Assembly: GCA_903813345.2 (NCBI GenBank)
Contig: CAIIXF020000001.1
Span: forward strand, 28,954,001-29,018,000
DNA length: 64,000 nucleotides
Reading direction: 5' to 3'
Source of the DNA: Owenia fusiformis
Taxonomy: Eukaryota
The translations under genes and the position numbers were made by a program. The notes beneath the pieces were generated by a model. The model made no database searches, had not been told where the DNA came from, and worked only from the letters and a program-made list of their open reading frames with translations. Of this stretch, positions 13,301 to 25,300 are shown one piece after another. Position 1 is the stretch's first letter, and the number at the start of each line of letters is the position of its first letter.

Positions 13301-16300
13301 ATGAACATTGATATTCACATGAACTCTGATATTCAGCAATTTAACAATTAGGTTGAAAAGGTGAAAATTCACATGTACATTATTGACTCTTGATATTCGA
13401 CAATTATGATCAACTGAACTGATAGTTATCCAAGTTCTAAATCAGCTGATTGCAGGTTGAGAAACATTGACACTGTACTACACAGCTGTATTAATTCTTG
13501 CTGATTCAGTGTGCATTGATAATTGAACTTCAGTTTATCCCCATTTATTGAATTCATATTAAAGTACATACAGGTATTATATCGTCTTGCATATATGTAC
13601 TGCTGACCAGGTATATTTTAAGCAGGTATTTGTGTATGAAGTACCCAAGTGTTATTGTAAACCTTACATGTGCAACTGTGTCATGCCGGTATTAGTGTAA
13701 AAATCAAATCATCTCAAGTACAGGGTAGTTTTTAAATATTAGCTTCAAGGTAACACAAGGTGATCAAAATTTTTTTTTCACTTAGGCTAGGTTAGGTTTC
13801 ATAGTTAGGCTAAGGTTGCCCAAACATAAAAAAAACCTTGTAGTAGATTATTCAAATTCGGTTCCACTCTACAAATACAGGGTGTTCCAATTTATTTCAC
13901 ACAGTGTACCTGGTGTCCTACATTTTCAACTCTGTTTATATAGAGATAGTCTTACAATTCTTAAAACTACAGGGTGTCCCAACTTATTTCACACAGTTTA
14001 CCTGGTGTCCTACATTTTCAACTCTGTTTATATAGAGGAAGTATTACAATCCTTATTACTACAGGGTGTTCCAATTTATTTCACACAGTTTACCTGGTGT
14101 CCTACATTTTCAACTCAGTTTATATAGAGGTATACTTACATCCTTATAGCTACAGGGTGTTCCAATTTATTTTATACAGTTATAAACTTATACCAGGTGT
14201 TGCAGATATTTAACTCTGCTTATATAGCGGTAGTCTTACAATCCTTATTGCTACAGGGTGTCCCAATTTATTTCATACTATTATAAACTTACACCAGGTG
14301 TTGCTGATTTTTAACTCTATTGATTATAGAGTTATACTTACCATCCTTATTGCTACATGGTGTCCCAACTTATTTCATACAGTTATAAACTTATACCAGG
14401 TGTTGTAGATTTTTAACTCTGTTAATATAGAGTTATACTTACAATCTTTCTACTACAGAGTGTCTTAAAATATTTCATACAACTATAAACATATACCTGG
14501 TTTTAATAGTTTTTTAACTCTATTAATTATAGAGTTATACTTTAACTATAGGGTGTTTCAAATTATTTCACACATCACGTATACCTGGTATTACAAAAAT
14601 AGTACATATACTACTATCATACTTTATTGATACAAATTGAGTACAATACGCACATAAGGATGGCTACACCAACAAGTGAGGACAAATACAAAGAGGCGTA
14701 CATGAGGCTGCAAAAGGAAAAGAAACAGCAAGATGAGGAGATACTCCGACTGGACCACATCAGAAAGGAAGCTGAACTCAAGGCTAAACAGTTGGAAAAA
14801 TCACGAAAGGAGATGGAAACCCAATTGAAAGATATAAGCAAACCATATAAAATGGTCATTCCGGAGCGGAAGAAACTAGACTTTTTTAAAGGCAAGACAG
14901 ACTTTCAGGAGTGGAAGGAAGATGCGATAAATTACCTGAGGTACAAGGATGAAGAGGAACACATAGACCTACTGATGTACCACCTAAAGGGGGAAGCAAA
15001 ACTAGCAGTCAAGAATGATCAGCTGGAAACCATAGATGAAATATTTGATGCCCTTGAATTGACATTTGATCAAAAAGAGGCACCTGGTGTATTAAAATCT
15101 AAATTTTACACCCGAAAACAAAAACCAAATGAAAGTGTGATGCAGTATATTTTGTCCCTCACTAAATTGATGGATAAATGGCAAAAAGCCACCGAAATAC
15201 CTCTTACTGCAACAGAACAGAACAACATCCTCAAAGAACAATTCATCGAAAACCTTTCAGTACCGCAGTTGAAGTGGGAACTACACAAATATTTACGTGA
15301 TCATCCTGATGCTTCATTCAGAGATATGAAAATATTTGCATCACAATATACTAAGGATGTTCCATGTAATGATGCTTCTACTAACGACCCAGACATCGAA
15401 GTATCTGCCATTGCCACATCCCTGAGAGATATTGAATCGAAGATGAGCAACATGATTGAGCAAAACTTCAAGGAAATCAAAAAACTCACTGACGGCATGC
15501 AGAATTACGTTGAAACTATTAAAGATGATATCAAAACTGAAGTAACAGCCGATCTTAATACAAAGCTCCAATCTCTTACTCAGGAACTGAAGCAAGAAAT
15601 ACGTCAGGAAACTAATAGAAGCAGAACAAAGTGTACACATTGTGGTCGATGGGGGCACGCCATTGAACGCTGTTTCTACAATAAAAACAAGGACACAACA
15701 CAAAGTACATATACACAACAGCAGCCAAAAAACTAGTTTTGCCCCCCACTAACAAAAAAGTGGAGGGGCAGTCTTCAATTGAATCCAACAAAATGCATCA
15801 TAAATCAGATAATGAGACTACCTTCTCGGAAAACCTTATTGGTAATGAAGCCCTTATACATACAAGCATTAATAACAATGACACAATTTCAATGTTGGTT
15901 GATACAGGTTCCCGAGTTTCACTGATATATGAAAGCTACTATAATCAACATCTAAAAGGGCAATCAAATATAGAAAATTGCTTCATTAATTTAGTAGCTG
16001 CCAACCATACTCCTATTCCATACATTGGTTTTATCGTGGTCGATATTGAGGTTGCTGGCACAAAAATCAAAGATGCAAACATAATAGTGCAAAAAGATCC
16101 TGAAAACAAGAATAATAAATCAACTGCAAGGGTTGGAATCCTTGGAACAAATATCCTGAAACATCTGAAAATGTTTAAACATATATTGTGCACCGATGAT
16201 ACCCAGAAGCCAGATGAGGACTTCAACCTTAAACCACAAGCAGCACGTGTCTATGAGACAACAGTGATTCCAGCAAACTGTGAAGCTGATGTCGTATTGA

Positions 16301-19300
16301 CTGTCCATGGCCGTACAGGAGTTGGTCTAATCGAGAATATCAACACCCCTACACCTGGAAACATCAAAATTATGAACACATTAGTTGAAGTTACAAATAA
16401 CAAAGCTGTTGCTAGACTCATCAATATCAGCCAATCTCCAGTCACCCTGTATAGAAGAACAAAACTAGGAAAATTCTCCAAAGTAGATATTCAAGAAGAA
16501 TCTAGTCTTTTCCAAGATGGAAACAATGATGTCATTGTCACAGTAAACAAGATACAACCTGAAAATGAAGTCACAATAGACAAGATATCGGAGCCCAATC
16601 TCATTGATTTTGATGGCACATCTGAAGATAAAGAAAAATTCCAAAATCTTCTACACAAATATGAGGATGTCTTTGCTTCTGATGACTTAGATCTGGGACA
16701 TACAACTACAGTGAAACATGGCATAAAATTATCTGATGACATTCCTGTGAAGCAACCATTCAGACGGATCCCTCCCAACTACATCCAGGAAGTCAAACTA
16801 CAAATAGATCAGATGTTAAGGAAAGGAATAATTCGCCCAAGCAACAGTGCTTATGCCAGTCCCATAGTCTGCGTCCGGAAAAAGTCTGGTGCACTTAGAA
16901 TTTGTGTGGACTACAGAATTATCAACTCTAAAACTCACCGTGATGCATTTCCCCTACCACGTATTGAAGAAAGCATGGATGTCATGAGAGGAGCAAAGTA
17001 CTTCTCTTCACTCGATCTTCAATCAGCGTTCCACCAGATCGAAGTTGAAGAAGCCGACAAAGCTAAAACAGCATTTTCTACACAGTTTGGACTCTATGAA
17101 TACAACAGAATGCCGTTCGGTCTAACCAATAGCCCAGCCAGTTACCAGAGATTAATGCAAACCATATTCCATGAGGAAAACATGAGCAGTCTTATGATAT
17201 TCTTGGATGACATCCTGGTATTCTCAAATGACATTGATGAACATCTTCGTAAACTTGAAAATGTATTTGAGAAACTGAGAAAACATGGATTAAAATTGGA
17301 AATTAGAAAATGTTTCTTTTTTAAGAAGCAAATCAAATATCTAGGGCATGTATTATCTGAAGAAGGAATATCTGTGGATCCTGAAAAAATTAGCGTGATT
17401 GAAAAATGGCCCGAACCAACCACTGTTTCAGATGTTCAGGCGTTCCTTGGATTTTGTGGATTTTATAGAAGATTTGTTATAGACTTTGGCAAAACAGCAA
17501 GCCCGTTGTATGATGTGATAACTGAAAACCTACCATCTGACAAAAGAACAAAGAAGAAGAAAACCAGAGCAAAGTGTAAGATTAAAGTAACACTTAATGG
17601 AAAGTCAAAAGCTGCTTTTGAAGAGATGAAAAAGAAAATGATGAGCACACCTGTACTTGGATACGCAGACTACAACCTTCCTTTTAAAGTTGAGATAGAT
17701 GCATCACTGACAGGATTGGGAGCCATACTAAGCCAAGTCCAGAATGGGAAAGTCAAGATCATTTCATATGCCCATCGTAACCTTCGAAAGGGTGAAAAAA
17801 GTATGCACAAATTCAGTAGCAGAAAACTTGAGCTTTTGGCCATGAAATGGGCAGTCTCTGAAAAGTTTCGCGACTATTTACTGGGGAGCAAGTTTACTAT
17901 ATTTACAGACAACAACCCATTAACACATCTCAAAACCAGCAAGCTGTCTGCAGTGGAACAAAGATGGGTTGGAGAATTAGCTCCATTTAACTTTGACATC
18001 AAATACAATCCAGGCACTACTAACAGAGGTGCAGATATACTTTCAAGACTACAATCTGAAGGAGATGAGACAGAAGCTGAAGACTCAGATTCTGTTGAAG
18101 GTTTAGAATACAAGCCAAACATAGAAGACATCTCTAGTGAAAAGGTTAATCAAGTTATCACTGAAATAACCAAAACTACAAAAGTGACGATACCGGATAA
18201 CGCCATGAACAGCTCTAGTATAGATGTTAATGCTACTGACGTCCAGGATGAAAATATACTCAGTACCCCTCTTTTTGACACAATATCTATCCAGTCAATG
18301 ATAAAGATGCAAGAAAATGATATTGGTATATCATTGCTCAAGAAATCGTTAGTCACTAAGCCTACACTAACTCATCAACTTGATAGCAGATCTAAAACAT
18401 TGCTGAGACAGAAGAAGAGAGTTATTTTAGATCAAGGAGTTTTATACAGAAAGATTATCATCAGAGGAGAACCCTTATGCCAACTGGTCGTACCATCGGA
18501 ACTTGAAAATATCATAATGAAAGGAATGCATGATCATTTAGGACATCAGGCAGCAGAAAGAACTCTAGAACTAATAAAGAGAAAATACTATTGGCCAAAC
18601 ATGAAGAAGTCTGTTGATAGGTATGTAGGTACTTGCAAAAGGTGCACTATTGCCAAACCATTAAATAACAAAAGATGTACTCTTGGAACTATAACAGCAA
18701 AGTCCCCCAATGAAGTTGTGTGCATAGATTTTCTTAAAATTGATCAATCTGATGCTGGTATAGAAGATATTCTTGTCATTACTGATGTATTTTCAAAATT
18801 TTCTATATCTGTTGCATTGAGAAATCAGAAAGCTGAAAATGTGGCGAAATGTCTTATCAACAACTGGACTACAAAATATGGGATCATGAAGCGTTTGCAC
18901 AGTGACCAGGGACCCAATTTTGAGGGTCAAGTTATAGCCAAAATGTGTTCATTATATGGTATATCCAAATCACGCACAACTGCTTATAATCCTATGGGCA
19001 ATGGCCAAGTTGAAAGATATAATAAAACTCTGATTAGTATGATTCAAACTCTTGAACAAGAGAAAAAGTCTAAGTGGCAGTGTTATCTGTCTGAACTAAA
19101 TTTTGCCTATAATGTAACACCACACTCAACAACAGGTTACAGTCCTTTCTACCTTATGTTTGGCAGGGAACCAAACTTACCGACTGACATCATGGATGAG
19201 GAAGAGGACCATAATAAACCTTCTTGGCCTGAACTCCAACACCAAAGACAGACAGAAGCTTACAAGATTGCATCAGACAAAATGAGTAAAAAGGTAGAAA

Positions 19301-22300
19301 ATAGAAAGAAGCCTTACAGAACAATGAAACATTTAAATGTTGGAAACCTTGTTTTATTGAAAAGGCATTATATAGGTCGTTGTAAGATAAAGGATGCATT
19401 TTCCTCTGATCCTTGGATTGTAACAGAAAATTTGGGTGGCAATGTCTACAAAATTTGTCAAGGTACTGAGAAAGTGAAGGTTGTGAATTTAAAAAACTTG
19501 AAGTTATATGCTACATCTAATGACGATACTTCGGATTCTGATGACGTTGACCATGAAGTATCTAGTGGAAATGAATCTACAACTTCTGAAAGTGACAGTG
19601 ATGACTCTAGTTCTGATGGCAGTTTTGAAATTTTACTTTTTTCAAAAAATCAGAGGGAGGAGGAGGACCCATCCGCTCTGCGAAGGTCAACAAGAATAAG
19701 ACAAAAGCCTGATAGGTTAACATATACATAGTATTAATTGTATGAGAAGATATATCAGTAAAATTACTTGCCTTAATTGGTCGGTTATGTTAGTAAAATT
19801 ACTTGCCTTAATTGGTCGGTAGACAGTATAATTACTTATCTTAATTGGTCGGTAATGTAGGAGTTTTTACATTAATATTACTATTATTGTGTTGCCTAAT
19901 ATAACTAATTACAAATATGGATCACTTATACATGTAAGCCCATTTTTGAATTAATGATCTTAAAAATGCACATATAAAGTGTATGATATTATAAACCAAT
20001 TAAAATGCACATAAAAAGTGTATGAATTACATATTACGATAACACAACTTGCTCTTAATGTATTTCAATTTCATAAGTGGCCTAAAACCACAAATATATT
20101 CTGAAGCAATAGTGTTTTGCGCGCCGGTATGTACATAGTTGCACATAGTTAAGGTATTTTTGTATTTTGGGGTGTACATTTTGGGCTAAAAAGCCAGTAA
20201 ATGGCAACACATTTTGTATTAAAATGTAAAATGGCATATTAAGGCATTATTTTGGCATTCATTTATGTAAAAAGCATTACTTTTAATGGCATATGTTTTA
20301 AAGGCATAATTCTCAGAATTCATCATCATTTAACTTTAGAATTGTATAACCATGTACACTTTTGGTCATAAAAACAAAGTAATATTTAACTGTGATGGTC
20401 TGTCAACGTTGTCCGCGTGGATGTGACCAGCTGCACTTTAAAGTTTATAGTTGCATTTATAGATGGCACTATATAGATTTCATGTTTCAATTCACATAAA
20501 TAGCTGGCACATAAATGTGCAACTTCCTCTTGCTTACAGTCACTACAATAGCCACATATATATTTTTACCTCTCCAGAAAATCTACAAAATCATCCACAA
20601 TCGTTCATATTGGTAAGCCATCCACTCTTTATTTTACTTTTATATGCTTTATTAGATATTACTTGATTAAATACAACACATATTTCTGATATTTTACCAA
20701 TCATTTATGGTATTTTTGTCAACTTAGAAATGTATTGTAATTTTTATTCAGGCAGTGTGTTAGGCCACAGATTCACCACCATTGGTTCCCACATTTCCCT
20801 CAAGCTCAAAGCAAGAGCCAGTTCTGTAAGTTAACATGCCAAACATTCAATTAAGTTAGCATTCATGTTGTCAAATGTAAAATAGTCAAATTAGATTGTG
20901 TTTCAAATAAACATGCCAATGCCATTTCGTACTGTAATATTGATAAGCCTTGCCAATGCCATTTCATACTGTAATATTGATAAGCCTTGCCAATGCCATT
21001 CCATGCAATGTTATTATTATATTGTAATTGCTTGTTATGATTTGTTTCTAGCCCCTCTGGCTCTGTAAAGTGAATAAATTGACGTACACCACAAATCTAG
21101 TCGTTCGGTCGTTCACATCTAATTAACAATAACATGGGATAAGTGTTAAATTCAGCAAAATTATGAGTTTTTCTTAAGCTTACCTCCCAATACACAACAA
21201 CTGTTCGGGTGGAATCTGATGGATTTACATCTCTTATTTCAAATCCACCTCCATGGACGCCTGGCCCTCTTGCAGGGACTGAAATAAACACAAGTGAAAA
21301 TAAATGGATGTCTAACTTAGAATTCTGTTGCTTAACAAGACCTGTCTACATGATCTGAGTGGGATGCTAATTGCTGAAGTTAACCAGTTTGCAAGGAAAG
21401 AGTGAAGATTGGTTGAAAGAATAGTACTGTAATCAGTTTGTAAGTCCCTGTTGTTACTAGCCTATTTGAAAGAGTCAATATTCCAGCAAAAACATATTTG
21501 AATATTGATTTTGATTGAACAATTATTAATTATTTAGTTTACATGACATATCAAGACTAGGCCATACAATGGTGACTCACTATCTTGTTTAGTCCTTGCT
21601 TTATCCTGTTTACTGTCACTCCATGCTTCAGGATCAGAGCTATTCCTAGAGGCGACCTTAACAGACACATCAAAAGTGTAGTTTTGATATGGGTGTAGCC
21701 CTTCCACAAGAAACCAAGTCCTGTCTGTCTCACCAGCATTCTGAAAAATCAACTTCTAGTTAACAAAAATGCTCAAAAGCGTGTATTATAAACATAAGTG
21801 CCTACCTAACTGTGCCTAGCCCTGTATCTATGTCAAAAATTAATATCCTTAAATTTCCAATCATATTTTCTAAAAGGAGAAAAGTTTTATATAGATTCCT
21901 TACATGCACTTATAATATTCTGGCAGAAAGTTCAAAGTTAATCGTTTTCTTCGGATTACAATGTTTTTTTAACTTTTCAGCATGAATATAGTGTTGGGAC
22001 CTCAAAACCACGGAATGCCGGAGCGGCACCCTTGGGCAACTCTCTACACAGCATTTCATGGCAACATCGCTTGATAATCAGGTTCTTACATTTCCCTTTC
22101 TTTAATGAGTATAAAGGTCGGGTCCAAAATAACACTTATGTGTTATGCTCTCTAGGTAAAGAAGAGCTCCTTTAGAGGTAAATAGTCACATGGATTTGTA
22201 AAAAATGTGTAACCTGTAGTTGTATAACCCCTCCCCACAGCCCCCAAAGTTTGACGATTGGTGAAAACTGGCAAAAAAACTTTCATTTTCTAGGTTCAAA

Positions 22301-25300
22301 TTAAAAATGCATTGGGATGCAACACTTATTAGTATTCAAGGAACATCCACTGACTTTGTGTGATATAACAATATGAAGATTTTAATTATTAGACAATGGG
22401 AAGTATTTTATTTGAACCATTTTAGAATCCTATCCCATAAAAATGTTGAAAAGAGGGTGTGGTCAATTTTACCATTTTGCAGCATTTAAAGTTTGAAATA
22501 AATACAAACCAAGACATTAAAACATCTTCAAATGTTAAGTATATAGGACACTATATTTTATATGTTAATCTTGTATTTAGTACAAGTCTGAAATCCAATG
22601 CAATCATACAGTGGAGACTAGCAAGGTTTGCATACAATCCAGACATTGGAATCCTTTACAACCCATATAGCAGAATCATTCACAATTCAGAGCCAGGTGT
22701 TTGAAAAGTAGCAAAAATGTTGATTATTGAAAACAACTAAAGATGGCTTTCCATTGGTCAACCAAGCAGCAATATGCATTAAGTCTGACCAGGTTTGCTA
22801 TTGCTCATAGTTACAGGTGTGACGTTGCAGCCAAAATTTGCTTCTTCATTCGTGGTCAGATCGTTAACTTGCCACTAACTCCAGAAACAGTTTGCTCCAC
22901 ACACAAAGATGCCACCTCACACGAGCACACTCACTCACACTAGCTACTTTCCACCATGTGACTCTGATGCTTCATGGTTTAACAAGGATTCTGCTATATA
23001 TTGAGATGATGAGAACCATGATTTTCTTGTTGTGAATGACCCTGCTGAACAGCCTGGCTGTAACTGCCTGTAAGTAGTCTTGAAAATTTGAAGACATCAT
23101 CTTTAGTGATTTACCTTAATCTTTTTAGCTTCTTTTCAAACACCTGGCTCTGATAAATAGCTTAACAAGGACTCTGCTATTTGTTCAGATGATGAGAACT
23201 GAGTGTTTTATATAATACAAATTTTTGCCATACTTTGCACATTGTAAACGACGCTGCTGATTGGAAAGAAAAGGATAAGAAAGGTATGGCCAAAATGACT
23301 GACCCAACATATCAGGATACAATTGTTCATGATAACCACCGACTTCTGCCTAATGAGATGAGATGCTTATGTGTTGACTTTATGCCAATGTCCAGATTAT
23401 GCCAACCTCTCTATTATATGGTTACATTTCATTAAATTTCATTATGATACATGTACTAAATATTAAACTTTCATATAGAAGTGTACTCATTCATGATAAC
23501 CATCATACTGTGATTGCTCAGATGAGAAAAATTAATGGTTTTAATAATTAGACATTATGCCAATGTCGAGACTATGTCAGCCTCTCTGCATAACATTAGA
23601 TTTCATTATGATACATGTACTAAATATAAAACTTATATAAAGAACTGTGCTCATTCATGATAACCATCATAGTCTGATTGCTCAGATGAGAAAAACTAAT
23701 GGTTGTAATAATTAGACATTTTTCCAATGTCTAGACTATGCCAGCCTCTCTACTGTATGATACCATTATTAGATTTCATTTTGATACATGTAGTAAATAT
23801 AAAACTTACATATAGAACTGTACTCATTCATGATAACCATCATAGTCTTTGCTCAGATGAGAAAAACTAATATTGATTGTGATAATTAGACATAATGCCA
23901 ATATCTAGAATATGCCAACCTCTCTACTGTGCTGTGATGCTTATGTGTTGACTTTATGCCAATGTCCAGATTATGCCACACATAGATGTACTAAATATTA
24001 AACTTACATAAAGAACTGAACTCATTCATGATAACCATCATAGTCTGATTGCTCAGATGGTCTTAGTTTTATAACAGGGTCTTAGTTTTATAACGTGGGG
24101 GGTCTTAGTTTTATAACAGGGTCTTAGTTTTATAACGTGGGGGGTCTTAGTTTTATAACAGGGTCTTAGTTTTATAACGTGGGGGGTCTTAGTTTTATAA
24201 CAGGGTCTTAGTTTTATAACGTGGGGGGTCTTAGTTTTATAACAGGGTCTTAGTTTTATAACGTGGGGGGTCTTAGTTTTATAACAGGGTCTTAGTTTTA
24301 TAACGTGGGGGGTCTTAGTTTTATAACAGGGTCTTAGTTTTATAACGTGGGGGGTCTTAGTTTTATAACAGGGTCTTAGTTTTATAACGTGGGGGGTCTT
24401 AGTTTTATAACAGGGTCTTAGTTTTATAACGTGGGGGGTCTTAGTTTTATAACAGGGTCTTAGTTTTATAACGTGGGGGTTCTTAGTTTTATAACAGGGT
24501 CTTAGTTTTATAACGTGGGGGGTCTTAGTTTTATAACAGGGTCTTAGTTTTATAACGTGGGGGGTCTTAGTTTTATAACAGGGTCTTAGTTTTATAACGT
24601 GGGGGGTCTTAGTTTTATAACAGGGTCTTAGTTTTATAACGTGGGGGGTCTTAGTTTTATAACAGGGTCTTAGTTTTATAACGTGGGGGGTCTTAGTTTT
24701 ATAACAGGGTCTTAGTTTTATAACGTGGGGGGTCTTAGTTTTATAACAGGGTCTTGGTTTTATAACGTGGGGGGTCTTAGTTTTGTAGGTCTTAGGTCTT
24801 AGGTCTTTGTTTTGTAGACACCCGGAAGTATTCTAAGTATGATGTTCGATCTGTATGACAAAAATTTAAGAAAATATTTTTATCCGTTGCTATAGCAACA
24901 GTAATAGAACACTATTTGTTACCTTGGAAATGCACTAAATACAAAATTTACATATAAAATTTAGTGTCCTATATACACGTGATACATGAATCAATGTCAA
25001 GTAACATTTGAATATGTTTTAATGCCTTAGTTTGTATTTATTTCAAACTTTTAATGCTGCAAAATGGTAAAATTGACCACACCCTCTTTTCAGCATTTTC
25101 ATGGGATAGGATTCTAAAATGTTTCAAATAAAATACTTCCCACTGTCTAACAATTAAGATCTTCACATTGTTATATCAGACAAAGTCAGAAGATGTTCCT
25201 TGAATACTAATAAGTGTTGCATCCCAATGCATTTTTAATTTGAACCTAGAAAATGAACGTTTTTTTCCAGTTTTCACCAATCATCAAACTTTGGGGGCTG

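Larger units (their letters stand above)
11748..21117 (+). mobile_element. Full-length Ty3/Gypsy LTR retrotransposon (9370 bp)
   Basis: Two 696-bp LTRs TGTGA...TCACA, 4-bp TSD TCTA (11744-11747, 21118-21121), PBS, gag, pol in PR-RT-RH-IN order. Confidence 0.97.

Noticed and set aside
12458-14213. Repetitive ORFs in the retrotransposon leader
   Set aside because: Artefacts of tandem arrays.
14617-19399. Many minus-strand ORFs over gag/pol
   Set aside because: Antisense shadows of long coding frames.
19732-20421. Possible env gene or chromodomain
   Set aside because: No ORF after pol, only ~37-bp repeats; the pol C-terminus is acidic plus LRRSTR with no chromodomain pattern.
24059-24790. CRISPR-like look of the regular repeat array
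   Set aside because: Units are contiguous with no unique spacers, no cas genes, eukaryotic context.
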